Counted from the first letter of the stretch, positions 19,431-30,728 are shown. The stretch is DNA of 64,000 nucleotides from an uncultured Gemmatimonadales bacterium (GCA_963823035.1 CAWGKG010000018.1:1-64000), one strand, 5' to 3'. Program-made: numbers and translations. The notes: a model not told the origin generated them from the letters alone.

Positions 19431-21335
19431 CGGACGGCGCTACCCTCGTGCGCGCCGACGAGGTGCCGCACCCGCTCGGCGATCCCCGTCGCGTCGAGCC
19501 CCAGCTCGGACAGGAGGGTCCCACGCGCGCCGTGGGCCACGAAATGGTCGGGGATGCCCATCGCGGCACATCCGCGGCGGCCGGTCGAGCTCGAGGGCGT
19601 TCAGCTCGCGCGCCATGCACGAGCCGAAGCCGTTCGTGACCTGACCCTCCTCCACGGTGAGCATCGCGGGGTGGCTGCGCGCCATCTCCTCGAACACGGC
19701 GGCGTCCCACGGCTTCAGGAAGCGGCAGTTGACCACGGTGCACCGGATGCCCTCGTCGGCGAGCAGCCCGGCCGCCTCGAGGGAAGCGAGCACCATCGTG
19801 CCGACGGCGAGGATCACGGCGTCCGGGCCGTTCCTCAGGATCTCCCAGGTGAACGGCTCCAACGCCGGGATATCCGCCAGCGCCGGCACCTCGGCGGGCA
19901 CGGAAGCGCGCGGCCAGCGCACGCTCCACGGTCCGTCGTGCCGCTCGGTGGCCAGGCGCAGGAGGGCGAGCATCTCGGCTCCGTCCTTCGGCGCCGTCAC
20001 CGTCATGCCCGGCACGCCGAGCATGTAGGCGATGTCGAGCGTGCCGTGGTGCGTCGGCCCGTCCTCGCCGGCGATGCCGGCGCGGTCCATCCCGAAAACC
20101 ACGGGAAGCCCCTGGAGGGCGACGTCGTGCACGATGCTGTCGAAGGCGCGCTGCAGGAACGTCGAGTAGATCGCGACGATCGGCTTCACGCCGCGCGTGG
20201 CCATGCCGGCCGCGAAGGTCACGGCATGCGCCTCGGCGATCCCGACGTCGAAGTATCGGTCGGGATGGGCCTTCTGGAAGAGGTCCGTGCTGGTCCCGTC
20301 GGGCATCGCGGCCGTGATGGCCACCACGCGGGGGTCGGCGTCGGCAAGCTCGATGAGCCCCTTCCCGAACACCTTCTGGTAGCGGGGCAGGCCGCCGCCC
20401 TTGTTCGTGCCCTTCCCCGTCATCTTGTCGAAGGGGCCGGAGGCGTGCCACGTCCACGGGTCCGCCTCGGCGGCGTCGAAGCCCTTTCCCTTCTGCGTCA
20501 GCACGTGCACGAGGATCGGCCCGCTCATCCCCTTCACCCGTGCGAGCGTGTCCACGAGCGCGTCCACGTCGTGCCCGTCCACGGGGCCGACGTAGCGGAA
20601 GCCGAGCGCCTCGAAGATCAGCCCCGGGGTGAGCATGTGCTTCACGCTCTCCTCCAGGCGACCCGCCAACTCCTCCATGGCGCCGCCGATGCTCGTCGGC
20701 GCACGGTGCAGCACCTCCTTCACGAGGCTGCGCACCTTGTTGTACGCCGGGTTGGTGATCACGCCCGTGAGGTACTTGTTCATCGCGCCCACGGCCGGGG
20801 CGATCGACATGTCGTTGTCGTTGAGCACGACGATGAAGTCGCGGCCCGTGTGTCCCGCGTTGTTGAGCGCCTCGTAGGCGAGGCCGCACCCCATCGCGCC
20901 GTCCCCGATGACGGCCACGACCTCGAAGTCCTCTCCGGTGAGGTCGCGCCCGACCGCCATCCCCCATGCGGCCGAGATCGACGTGGCCGCGTGTCCCGCA
21001 CCGAAGGCGTCGTACTCCGACTCGTCGCGGCGGCAGAAGGGCGCGAGCCCGCCCTGCTGGCGGATCGTGGTGAGCGCCTCGTTGCGGCCGGTGAGGATCT
21101 TGTGGATGTAGGCCTGATGGCCCGTGTCCCACACGATCTGGTCGCGCGGCGTATCGAAGACGTAGTGAAGCGCGACGGTGAGCTCGGCCACCCCGAGGCT
21201 GGCGCCGAAGTGCCCCCCCTTCTGGGAGACCACGTCGATGTGACGCTGACGGGCCTCGTCCACGACGCGGGGCAGGTCGCTCCGCGGCAGCTTTCGCAGA
21301 TCTTTCGGAGAATGGATTCGATCCAGCACGGCCAC
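19427..21335 (-). CDS. dxs: 1-deoxy-D-xylulose-5-phosphate synthase; apparent frameshift near 19560
   Basis: GGHFGASLG, WDTGHQAY, GDGAM...LNDNDMSI, DVGIAE and DGPTHHG motifs. The C-terminal GIPDHFVAHG lies in another frame that ends at 19427. Confidence 0.93.
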
Positions 21336-21441
21336 CCCATCGCTCCTTCGCGAGGTTCTCAGGTGCAAGTCTGAAAGATACCCGCCTGCTCCATGTCGAA
21401 CACCCTCCCCCCCTCTTCGGGGTTTCCAGGCGTCCTCGACG

Positions 21442-22350
21442 TCATCGCTCCCGATCCACGACGAAGCGGGCCAGCGCCTCGAGCGCGGGGGCACGCACGC
21501 CCGCCTCGGCCAGCGCCGCCAGCGCGGCGTCGACCTGCGCCCGAGCCCGTCGCCGGGCCTCGTCGAGGCCGTACAAACCCACGTAGGTGGACTTCTCGAG
21601 CGCCTGGTCCGAAGGGTTCTTCCCGAGAACGGCGGCCGACTGCGTGGCGTCCAGGATATCGTCCGCGATCTGGAAGGCCAGGCCCACGGCGCGACCGTAG
21701 TCCATGAGCCCACGCCGCGCTTCCCGGGTCGCTCCCGCGGCCAGCGCCCCCATGTGCAGGGGTGCCGTGAGGAGCGCACCGGTCTTGCGGCGGTGCAGGT
21801 CGTCCAGCTCGTGCGCCCCGAGCGTGGCGCCCTCCCCCTCGAGGTCGACCCACTGGCCACCCACCATCCCTCCGGCCCCGGCGGCCTGCAGGAGCGAGCG
21901 CACGACGCATCGCACGGTGTCGGTGTCGCACCCGAGGGCGCGCGCGGCCTCCCACGCCTGCAGCGCCGCGGCCGGGATCAGGGCGGCCCCCGCGCGCACG
22001 GTCGCGTCCTCCCCGCACGCCCGATGCGTGGTGGGACGCCCCCGTCGGAGCTCGGCGTCGTCCATGCAGGGCAGATCGTCGTGCATGAGCGAGTACGCGT
22101 GGATCAGCTCGAGCGAAGCCGCCAGATCATAGGCGGCGTCCGAGACGTCGCCCCCGCATGCGCGGAAGGCGGTCACGCACAACACGGGCCGCAGGCGCTT
22201 GCCGTCCGAGAGGACGCCGTGCGCCGCCGCGGCGTGCACGTCCGCAACCAGCCGCGCCGACAGCCGTTCCACGGCGCGCGCCAGCGCCGCGTCCACCGCA
22301 CCCGCCTCGACCACGAGGTAGGCGTCGAGGTCGAAGGCGTCGCCGCTCAA
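21442..22350 (-). CDS. ispA: Farnesyl/geranylgeranyl diphosphate synthase
   Basis: GKRLRP, HDDLPCMDDAELRRG, KTGAL and FQIADDILD motifs. Confidence 0.93.
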   Translation of the reverse strand: MSGDAFDLDAYLVVEAGAVDAALARAVERLSARLVADVHAAAAHGVLSDGKRLRPVLCVTAFRACGGDVSDAAYDLAASLELIHAYSLMHDDLPCMDDAELRRGRPTTHRACGEDATVRAGAALIPAAALQAWEAARALGCDTDTVRCVVRSLLQAAGAGGMVGGQWVDLEGEGATLGAHELDDLHRRKTGALLTAPLHMGALAAGATREARRGLMDYGRAVGLAFQIADDILDATQSAAVLGKNPSDQALEKSTYVGLYGLDEARRRARAQVDAALAALAEAGVRAPALEALARFVVDRER

Positions 22351-22622
22351 GCCCCCCGCCCCTCCTCGCCTTCGTCCGCCTCCGCGATGGGTGTGGTGCG
22401 GCCTCCGGCCAACAGCTCCTCGACGCGCAACTGCGTGCGGGAGAGGACGGTCTCCGCCTCCCGCACGAGCGCCACCCCCTCCTCGAAGAGGGCCAGCGCC
22501 CGCTCCAGGTCGACCTCGTCGGACTCGAGTTGGCCCATGATCTGCTCGAGGCGACGCAGCCGCCCCTCCAGCGTCTCCTCCCGCTCGGCGCCTCCGTCGC
22601 GGTCCTTCGCCTTCTTCGTCAC
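22347..22622 (-). CDS. xseB: Exodeoxyribonuclease VII small subunit
   Basis: LEQIMGQLES...LERALALFEEGVAL; lies between xseA and ispA. Confidence 0.9.
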   Translation of the reverse strand: MTKKAKDRDGGAEREETLEGRLRRLEQIMGQLESDEVDLERALALFEEGVALVREAETVLSRTQLRVEELLAGGRTTPIAEADEGEEGRGA

Positions 22623-23920
22623 GTGTCCCCCTCCGGGTCCAGGTCTGCCGTGCCGTCCGACGTGCACCTCACGCTCCCGTCCGCCACCCGCAGAACGAAG
22701 TCCCGCCCCGCCGGGAAGTCCGCGACGCGCCGAAGGAGCGTCCCGCTCTCGCCGCGCGCGACGGAGTAGCCGCGCTCCAGGATCGCGAGCGGCGACAGCG
22801 CCTGCAGCCGGCCGGCCAGCCCACCCAGGCGCTCGCGGCGCCGCTCGAGGAGCCGCGTGACCCCACGCTCGAGCCGTGCGCCGGCGAGGTCCACCGTCTG
22901 GCGGCTCGGGGACAGGCGGCGCTCCATCGCGCGCGACAGCACGCGCAGCTGGTCGACGAGGGCGGCCTGGCGCCGCGTCACCGTGCCGCGCAGCCCCCGG
23001 GCCAGCCGCTCGGGGAGACCGCGGAGCTGGGCCAACACGACCGCGCCGTCGGGGACCACCGCCTCCGCCGCCGCAGACGGCGTGGGAGCGCGTAAGTCCG
23101 CTACCAGATCCGAGATCGTCACGTCTACCTCATGTCCAACAGCAGATACCACGGGCACGGGGCATGCGGCGATCGCGCGGGCCACGACCTCCTCGTTGAA
23201 CGCCCACAGATCCTCGATGGAGCCCCCTCCCCGACCGACGATGAGCACGTCCACCTGGCCGCTCGAGCCCAGGACCTGGATCGCGCGGGCCACCTCGCGC
23301 CCCGCCTCCTCCCCCTGCACGCGAGCGCCGCGCAGGAGCACGCGCACCCAAGGCGCGCGGCGGCGCAGCACGGTCAGGATGTCGTGGAGCGCCGCCCCGG
23401 TGGGTGAGGTCACGACCCCGACCGTCGCCGGGAAGCGCGGGAGAGGGCGCCGCCGCGCGGGATCGAGAAGCCCCTCCTCGTCCAGCTTTCGACGCAGCTT
23501 CTCGAAGGCGAGCCGCCACAGGCCCTCTGCTCCGTCCCCCTCGACGCGGCGCACCGCCATCTGGTACTCGCCGCGCGCCTCGTACAGCGTGAGCGAGCCG
23601 AAGACGCGCACCTGCATCCCCTCCTCGGGGTCGGTGGGGAGGCGCTCGGCGTCGCTGCGCCAGAGCACGCAGCGGAGCTGTGCGCGATCGTCCTTGAGCG
23701 TGAAGTAGCAGTGGCCCTGCCGGGACCGCGTCCAGTTGCCCACCTCGCCGGCCACCCAGAGCGCATCCACCGCGCTCTCGAGGAGCGAGCGCACGGCCCG
23801 GTTGACCTGTGACACGGACCAGACGCGGGGCTCCGGCGTGGCGGGCCGCTCGACGGGCCGCGGGTCCGCCGGAGCGCCGTCCCCGTCCTCGAAGAGGTCC
23901 AGGCTCTGCTCGTCCGCCAC
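22619..23920 (-). CDS. xseA: Exodeoxyribonuclease VII large subunit
   Basis: GHCYFTLKD, RGGGSIEDLWAFN, SAVGHEVD and APTPSAAAE motifs. Confidence 0.96.
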   Translation of the reverse strand: MADEQSLDLFEDGDGAPADPRPVERPATPEPRVWSVSQVNRAVRSLLESAVDALWVAGEVGNWTRSRQGHCYFTLKDDRAQLRCVLWRSDAERLPTDPEEGMQVRVFGSLTLYEARGEYQMAVRRVEGDGAEGLWRLAFEKLRRKLDEEGLLDPARRRPLPRFPATVGVVTSPTGAALHDILTVLRRRAPWVRVLLRGARVQGEEAGREVARAIQVLGSSGQVDVLIVGRGGGSIEDLWAFNEEVVARAIAACPVPVVSAVGHEVDVTISDLVADLRAPTPSAAAEAVVPDGAVVLAQLRGLPERLARGLRGTVTRRQAALVDQLRVLSRAMERRLSPSRQTVDLAGARLERGVTRLLERRRERLGGLAGRLQALSPLAILERGYSVARGESGTLLRRVADFPAGRDFVLRVADGSVRCTSDGTADLDPEGDT

Positions 23921-23931
23921 GGAGGTGGCCC

Positions 23932-24825
23932 CTATTCGGCGCCGGCCGCGCGCGCGGCCGAGGTCACGGTGTTGGCCAGGAGCATGGTGATCGTCATCGG
24001 CCCCACGCCCCCGGGAGACGGGGAGATGGCCGCGGCAACGCGGCTGACCTCGTCGAACCGCACGTCGCCGCAGACCCGATAGCCCTTCTCGCTACCCGGA
24101 TCGTCGACGCGGTGCGTGCCGACGTCGATCACCACGGTGCCGGGCGCGACCATGTCCGCCGTGATCATCTCGGGCCGGCCGATCGCCACCACCAGGATCT
24201 CCGCGGTGCGCGTCACGGCCGCCAGGTCCGGGGTACGCGAATGACACACCGTCACCGTCGCGTTCCCGCCCGGAGCCTTGCGCAGGAGGAGGTTGGCGAG
24301 CGGCTGGCCCACCAGGTTCGAGCGGCCGAGCACGACGACGTGCTTCCCGGCGGGGTCGTGCCCCGAGCGCATCAGCATCTCGATCACGCCGGCCGGCGTG
24401 CACGGAGCGAAGAAGTCACCCGAGCCGGTGACGAGCCGCCCCGCGTTCACGGGGCCGAGGCCGTCCACGTCCTTGCGGGGGCTGGTCGTCTCCACGACCT
24501 GCGCCTCGTCGAGGTGATCGGGAAGCGGGAATTGAACGAGGATCCCGTGGATCCCGGGGTCGGCGTTCAGCCCGGCGATCACGCCCAGCAGCTCGTCCTG
24601 GGAGACGTCCGCGTCGAGCGTGATCTGACGCGAGTGGATGCCCATCTTCCCGGCGGCCTTGTTCTTCATCCCCACGTACATGTGCGACGCGGGATCGTCG
24701 CCGACGAGGACGGTGGCGAGCCCCGGCGTGACGCCGTAGTCGCGCACCAGCGTGGCCACCCTGTCCGAGAGCTCCGCCCGGATCCGGGCCGAGATTTCCG
24801 TTCCGGAGATGATCTGCGCGCTCAT
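23932..24825 (-). CDS. folD: Methylenetetrahydrofolate dehydrogenase/cyclohydrolase
   Basis: YVGMK, KDVDG, PCTPAG, GRSNLVGQP and PGGVGPMT motifs. Confidence 0.96.
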   Translation of the reverse strand: MSAQIISGTEISARIRAELSDRVATLVRDYGVTPGLATVLVGDDPASHMYVGMKNKAAGKMGIHSRQITLDADVSQDELLGVIAGLNADPGIHGILVQFPLPDHLDEAQVVETTSPRKDVDGLGPVNAGRLVTGSGDFFAPCTPAGVIEMLMRSGHDPAGKHVVVLGRSNLVGQPLANLLLRKAPGGNATVTVCHSRTPDLAAVTRTAEILVVAIGRPEMITADMVAPGTVVIDVGTHRVDDPGSEKGYRVCGDVRFDEVSRVAAAISPSPGGVGPMTITMLLANTVTSAARAAGAE

Positions 24826-24952
24826 GGCCCGAAAGCTGAGGTGGGACGCGGGAAGGCGGGGCAGATCGCCCCCCTCCGATCCGGCCACCAAGGTAACACG
24901 ATCGGCATCCCGCGGGGCCCGCCTCCGGGGACGACCCCCGGGGCCCTCGGCG

Positions 24953-26518
24953 CTAGCGCGCGAAGTCGATGGCGCGCGTCTCGCGGACCACCACGATCTT
25001 GATCTGCCCGGGGTACTGCAGCTCGCTCTCGATGCGGCGCGCCACGGCCTCCGAGATCTGGGCCATCTCGCCGTCCCCGACCTTCTCGGGCTCGACCATC
25101 ACGCGCAGCTCACGCCCGGCCTGGATCGCGAAGCAGCGCTCGACGCCCGGGTACTCCATGGCGATCTCCTCGAGCTTCTCGAGGCGCTTCACGTAGCCTT
25201 CGAACATCTCACGCCGAGCCCCGGGCCTGGACCCGCTGATGGCGTCGGCGGCGGTCACCAGGAACGTCTCGGCGAAGAAGTGCGGCTCCTCGTCGTGGTG
25301 TGCGCGGATCGCGTTGAGCACCAGCTCGCTCTCGTTGTGCTTCTTGCACAGCCGGTAGCCGAGCTCGACGTGCGTTCCCTCGTGCTCGTGGGTCATGCCC
25401 TTGCCCACGTCGTGCAGGATGCCCGCGCGTTTCACGCCCTGGACGTCGAGACCCATCTCCGCGGCCATGTTGGCCGCCAGCAGCGCGACTTCCTTGGCGT
25501 GCTGCAGCTGGTTCTGTCCGTAGGAGGTGCGGAAGCGCAGCCGTCCGAGCGTCTTCACGATCTCGGGGTGGACGTTGTGGATGCCGAGCTCGTAGAGGAC
25601 CTCCTCGGCGGCCTGCACCATCCCCGCATCGACCTCGGCCGTGGCCTTCTCGACCGTCTCCTCGATCCGGCCGGGGTGGATGCGCCCGTCCTCGATGAGG
25701 CGCTCGAGGGCCACGCGCGCCACCTCGCGGCGCACCGGATCGAAGGCCGAGAGCACGACGGCCTCGGGGGTGTCGTCGATGATCACGTCCACGCCGGTCG
25801 CCTGCTCGAAGGCACGGATGTTGCGCCCCTCGCGGCCGATGATGCGGCCCTTCATCTCGTCGGAGGGGAGCTGGACCACGGAGACGGTCGTCTCGGCGGT
25901 CTGGTCGGCCGCCATGCGCTGGATGGCCAGCCCGATGATCTTCTTCCCCTCGCGGTCGGCCTCGCGCTGCGCCTGCTCCTTGATCTCGCGCAGCGTGTTG
26001 GCCGCATCGGCGCGCGCCTCGTCCTGCATGTCGTCGATGAGCTTCTTCTTCGCGTCCTGCGCGGACATGCCGGCGAGCTGCTCGAGCTTCGCCCGCGCCG
26101 CGGCCTCGTCGCGCTGGATGCCGCCTTCGCGCTCCGCGAGGGCCTTCTCGCCCCGGACCATCTCGGCGGCCCGGGCCTCGAGCTCGCTCTCGCGCTCGTT
26201 CAGGCGCTCGAACTGCCGGTCCAGAGCCTCGGACCGCTCCTGCATCCGACGCTCCAGACGTTCGGCTTCCTCGCGTCGACGGGACTCCTCGCGCTCCCAC
26301 GTCTCACGGAGACGGAAACTCTCCTCACGACCGGCCAGCTCCCCGGCCTTTCTGAGGTTGTCCGCCTCGTTTTCGGCGCGCTTCAGGATCCGGGAGGCTT
26401 CGTCGCGTCCCTCGGACTTCTCCAGCTCGCGGCGGGCTCGCTCCCGGCTCCGGGCCAGGTAGAAACCGATCAGCAAACCCAGAATGAGCCCCACCGCGCC
26501 CACCAGCGGGGTGATCAT
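24953..26518 (-). CDS. rny: Ribonuclease Y
   Basis: N-terminal transmembrane helix, coiled coil, KH motif (MKGRIIGREGRNIR), HD motif (LHDVGK) and ADAISGSRPGAR. Confidence 0.96.
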   Translation of the reverse strand: MITPLVGAVGLILGLLIGFYLARSRERARRELEKSEGRDEASRILKRAENEADNLRKAGELAGREESFRLRETWEREESRRREEAERLERRMQERSEALDRQFERLNERESELEARAAEMVRGEKALAEREGGIQRDEAAARAKLEQLAGMSAQDAKKKLIDDMQDEARADAANTLREIKEQAQREADREGKKIIGLAIQRMAADQTAETTVSVVQLPSDEMKGRIIGREGRNIRAFEQATGVDVIIDDTPEAVVLSAFDPVRREVARVALERLIEDGRIHPGRIEETVEKATAEVDAGMVQAAEEVLYELGIHNVHPEIVKTLGRLRFRTSYGQNQLQHAKEVALLAANMAAEMGLDVQGVKRAGILHDVGKGMTHEHEGTHVELGYRLCKKHNESELVLNAIRAHHDEEPHFFAETFLVTAADAISGSRPGARREMFEGYVKRLEKLEEIAMEYPGVERCFAIQAGRELRVMVEPEKVGDGEMAQISEAVARRIESELQYPGQIKIVVVRETRAIDFAR

Positions 26519-26708
26519 GTATCGACTCCGAAATCGGTCCCGGGCCATGCCGGAAACCGCGGGTGGATCTCTTGGGAGCCCTCGCGACGCCATGGCATCG
26601 GGGGGGTAGCGAGGGCCCGCAGGTTGCTGAGAGAATAGGATTTAGGAGACGCGAAACGCAAGCTGGCGCCTCCGAGTCGGCCCGGCGCGCCCCTCCCACG
26701 ATCGCGGC

Positions 26709-27011
26709 CTACGCGGAGTCGGCAGCCTTGAGGCCGTCCTCGACCCGGGCCAGGAGGTCGGCCATACGGGCGCCGACGTCGTTGCGGATCCGCTCGGCCT
26801 CGTCGCGTGCCTGGAAGTACTCGTCGGCGATGGACAGCGCCGCCAGGATCGCCGCCTTGTGGCTCTCGATGAGCCGCGACTGGGAGCGGATCTGCTGGAT
26901 ACGCTCGTCCACCAGCTTGGCGCACTTCTTCGTGTAGGCGGGCTCCGCGTTGGCGCGGATCGTGTGCTCCTCGCCGGCGATCCGCACGGTGACGGAGGCC
27001 TTGTCGCTCAT
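26709..27011 (-). CDS. zapA: Cell division protein ZapA
   Basis: VTVRIAGEEHTI...AAILAALSIADE; pheT-zapB-zapA-rny gene order. Confidence 0.85.
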   Translation of the reverse strand: MSDKASVTVRIAGEEHTIRANAEPAYTKKCAKLVDERIQQIRSQSRLIESHKAAILAALSIADEYFQARDEAERIRNDVGARMADLLARVEDGLKAADSA

Positions 27012-27319
27012 CGCTGTCCCTCCAGAAACCGAATCTGCGCAAGGAGGCGCTCGACGCTCTCCCGCCCCCGCTCCATGCGGCTCCTCAGGTCTTCGTTCTC
27101 GGTCTCCAGCGTGCGTAGGCGCGTCAGGAGCTGGCCAGCGGCGCCCTCGTCCTCGGAGAAGCGCGTGAGCAGCTCCTGGAGCTCCGCGCTCTTCGCCTCG
27201 GCGGCCTCGGCCCGCCCGCGCGCCCGCTCCAGCCGCCAGAGCACCTCCTCGACGGCGGTCTCCAGCCGCTGGAACGCCATGCGCTGCGGCTGCTCGGCCC
27301 TATCCCCGGAGTTCGACAC
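27008..27319 (-). CDS. Coiled-coil protein, ZapB-like
   Basis: Heptad pattern (LETENEDLRSRM...VERLLAQI); directly upstream of zapA. Start could be the ATG at 27280. Confidence 0.65.
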   Translation of the reverse strand: MSNSGDRAEQPQRMAFQRLETAVEEVLWRLERARGRAEAAEAKSAELQELLTRFSEDEGAAGQLLTRLRTLETENEDLRSRMERGRESVERLLAQIRFLEGQR

Positions 27320-29709
27320 CCAGCTCCTCCTTCAAGCCCCCCACGATGCCCTCCACGGCGCGATCCACTTCCTTGTCCTTGAGGGTCCGCTCCGGCGCCC
27401 GGAAGCGCAAGCTGAACGCCACGGAGCGCTTGCCGCCCGGGACGCCCTCGCCCCGGTAGTGGTCGAAGAGCACCACCTGCTCCAGGAGCGTCGCCGCCGC
27501 GGGAGCGGATCGCGTCGGTGACCGTGGCGGCATGCACGCCGTCCGGAACCAGCAGCGCGAGATCCCGATCGACGGCCGGATGCTGGGGAAGGTGCTCGAA
27601 GACCCGCACCGGCTTCACGGGCACCTCCGCGGGGAGCGTGACCTCGAGGCCCCAGACCTCGTCCGCCCACACCGGGGCGTCCACGGCTTCCTCGCGCACC
27701 CGCCCTCCCCGTCCGACCTCGGTACCCGACGCGTCCAGCACGGCGAACGCCGCCTCGGGGTCCCACGGCGCCTCGACCTCGCGCGTGGGGACCACGTGCG
27801 CCTCGCCTCGATAGGCGCGCCGAGCCACCTCCTCGACCAGTGCCTTCACGTCCCACACCGTGAAGGGCGCCTCCGGCACGGACCAGTGCGGAGGCTCCCG
27901 CCGACCGGTCAGCGCAGCGGCCAGGTGGGTCTCCTCCCGCGGGGCCTCTCCCGCGCCCGCCGCGCGGAAGGACGTCGCGATCTCGAAGAGGCGTACGTCG
28001 CGGTTACCGCGTGCGAAGTTGTGCTCCACCCGGCGCAGCAGCGAGGGGAGCACGGTGCGGCGCACGAAGGGCTCGAGCGTGTTGAGCGGGTTGGCGACGC
28101 GCACGTCGCCTTCGCCCGCGGGCACGAAGGCGGGGGTCTGGGCCTCCATGAGACCCTGCCCTGCCAGCGCATGCCGCAGCTCGTCCTCCAGTTGGAAGAG
28201 CGGGTGGTCCGGCACCGTGTTCGGGCGGTACGCGCCCAGCCCCGCCGGGAAGGCGTCGTAGCCGTGGGCGCGCGCGACCTCTTCGATCAGGTCGATCTCG
28301 CGCGTCACGTCCCAGCTGCGGAAGCCCGGAACGCGCACCTCGAGCGCCTCCGCCGTCTCCGAGACGATCGGGAAGCCGAGCGGCTCGAGATGGGCGCGCA
28401 CCGTGGGCGCGTCGAGCGGCACGCCCAACACGCGCTCGATGCGCGCCAGGCGGAGCGTGAGCGTGCGGGACTCGTAGGGCCGCGGACAGACGTCCATCGC
28501 CTCGCCCTCCACCGTTCCCCCGGCCGTGGCGAGGATGAGCGCCACGCCCCGCTCGAACGCGCGACGCATGCCGTCCGGGTCCACCCCCCGCTCGAAACGG
28601 TAGGAGGCGTCCGTGGACATGTTCAACGCCCGTCGCGTCTTACGCACCGACTTCGGATCGAAGAACGCGCACTCCAGGAGCACGTCCGTGGTATCCTCAT
28701 CGACCTCGGAGTGCAGGCCGCCCATCACGCCACCGATCCCGACCGGCTTCTCCGCGTCGCAGATCATGAGCATGTCGGAGCGGATCTTCCGCTCCTCGTC
28801 GTCGAGCGTGGTGAAGCTCGTCTCGTCCGGGCGGGGGCGGCGCACCACGAGGCTCGATCCCGCGAGCTTGCGGAGGTCGTACGCGTGCATCGGATGCCCG
28901 AGCTCGAGCATCATGTAGTTGGTCGCGTCCACCACGTTGCTGATCGGCCGCGCGCCCGCGCCGCGCAGCCGCTCCTGCAGCCACGCCGGCGAGGGTCCGA
29001 TGCGCACACCCCGGATCACGACGCCCAGGAAGCGGCCGCACAGCTCAGGCTCCTCGATGCGGATCGACGTCTTCCCCTGCGCCACCTCGTCGGTCCCCTC
29101 CTTCCACGCCAGTGCGACGGCCGGGGCCCCCGGGATGTCCGGAAGCACCGTGCGCCCATCCCCCTCGGCCGCCAGCTCGCGCGCGATGCCGAGGTGGCTC
29201 AGGAGGTCGCCTCGGTTCGACGTGATCTCCACGTCCATCGTGGTGTCGTCGAGCCCCATGGCGCGCACGAACGACTCCCCCGCGGTGAAGTCCCCGTGGA
29301 TCTCCATGATCCCCGAGTGGTCGGTGCCCAGCCCCAACTCCTTCGAGGAGCACAACATCCCCTCGGAGTACTCCCCGCGGATCTTCGCCTTCTTGATCTG
29401 GAAGTCACCGGGAAGCGTCGCGCCGACCGGTGCGAACGGGTACCAGGCGCCCGCCTTCACGTTGGGTGCGCCACACACCACCTGCACCACCCCGGCCCCA
29501 CCGTCCACCGTGCACAGCGAGAGGCGGTCGGCGTTGGGGTGGGGCCCCGCCGTGACGACGCGGCCCACCACGACGTCGCCCAGACCCTCGCCCGGCGACA
29601 CCATCTCCTCCACCGGAGCGCCGCGCAGGGCGAGGTGGTCGGCGACCTCGCGCGGGGTCAGCTCGAGCCCCGGGACCATCTCCTTGAGCCAGCGATACGA
29701 GACGTTCAT
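27300..29709 (-). CDS. pheT: Phenylalanine--tRNA ligase beta subunit; apparent frameshift near 27490
   Basis: HPNADRL, VCGAPNV, SEGMLCS, NRGDLLSHLGIARE and RFERGVD motifs. The anticodon-binding C-terminus (LFDHYRG...KRSVAFSL) is in the frame of ORF 27300..27533. Confidence 0.94.
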
Positions 29710-30728
29710 CGGGCGAACTGGCTCAGGAAGCGGACGTCGTTCTCGAAGAAGGTGCGCAGGTCGTCCACGCCGTGTTTCAGTTTGGCGATGCGACCGGGGC
29801 CCATGCCGAAAGCGAAGCCCGTGTAGCGTTCGGCGTCGTAGCCGGCGTTCTCGAGCACGTTCGGGTCCACCATGCCGGCGCCCATGATCTCCAGCCAGTC
29901 GGTCTCTTCGGTGGAGCCGTCCGGGCGGGCGATCACGCGCTTCACGTCGACCTCGGCGCTGGGCTCCGTGAAGGGGAAGAAGGACGGGCGAAAGCGCGTC
30001 TGTGTGCCCGGCCCCCAGTAGCGGCGGGCGAACTCGGCGAGCGTCGCCTTGAAGTCGACGAAGGTGATCCCCTCGTCGACCACGAGCCCCTCGATCTGGA
30101 GGAAGGCCGGGGTGTGCGTCGCGTCGTACGTGTCCCGCCGGTAGACCCACCCCGGCGCGATGATCCGGATCGGAGGGGTGTGCCGCTCCATCGTGCGCAT
30201 CTGTACCGGCGAGGTATGGCTGCGCAGGAGGACCGAGTCCACCAGGTAGAGCGTGTCCTGCTCGTCCGCGGCGGGGTGGTCGAGGGGGGTGTTCAGCGCC
30301 TCGAAATTGTACCACTCCGTGTCGGCCTCCGGCCCGCGCGCGCGGCTGAAGCCCATGTCGCGGAAGATCCCCCAGATCTCGTCGATCGTCTGCGTCACCG
30401 GGTGCAGCGCGCCGCGCCAGGGGGCACGCGATGGAAGCGTCAGGTCCTCGGCTTCTCCGCCCGCGGGGCCGGCGAGGGCACTCTGGCGCGCCTCGATCGC
30501 CCCGGTGACGGCGTCCTTCACGCGGTTGGCTTCCTGGCCCACCGCCGGGCGCTCCTCGGGCGGGAGCGTGCCCAGACCCCGGAGGATCTGGCTGATGCGC
30601 CCTTCCTTCCTCCCGAGGTAGAGGATGCGCGCCTCCTCCAGCCCGCGCTCGTCGTCCGCGCACCGGACGGCCTCCAGGGCTTCGGCTTCCAGCGCCTTCA
30701 GCGCTTCGATCGGGTGCGTCTCGCTCAT
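29706..30728 (-). CDS. pheS: Phenylalanine--tRNA ligase alpha subunit
   Basis: NFEALN, LRSHTSPVQ, FRPSFFPFTEPSAE and GFAFGMG motifs. Confidence 0.97.
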   Translation of the reverse strand: MSETHPIEALKALEAEALEAVRCADDERGLEEARILYLGRKEGRISQILRGLGTLPPEERPAVGQEANRVKDAVTGAIEARQSALAGPAGGEAEDLTLPSRAPWRGALHPVTQTIDEIWGIFRDMGFSRARGPEADTEWYNFEALNTPLDHPAADEQDTLYLVDSVLLRSHTSPVQMRTMERHTPPIRIIAPGWVYRRDTYDATHTPAFLQIEGLVVDEGITFVDFKATLAEFARRYWGPGTQTRFRPSFFPFTEPSAEVDVKRVIARPDGSTEETDWLEIMGAGMVDPNVLENAGYDAERYTGFAFGMGPGRIAKLKHGVDDLRTFFENDVRFLSQFAR

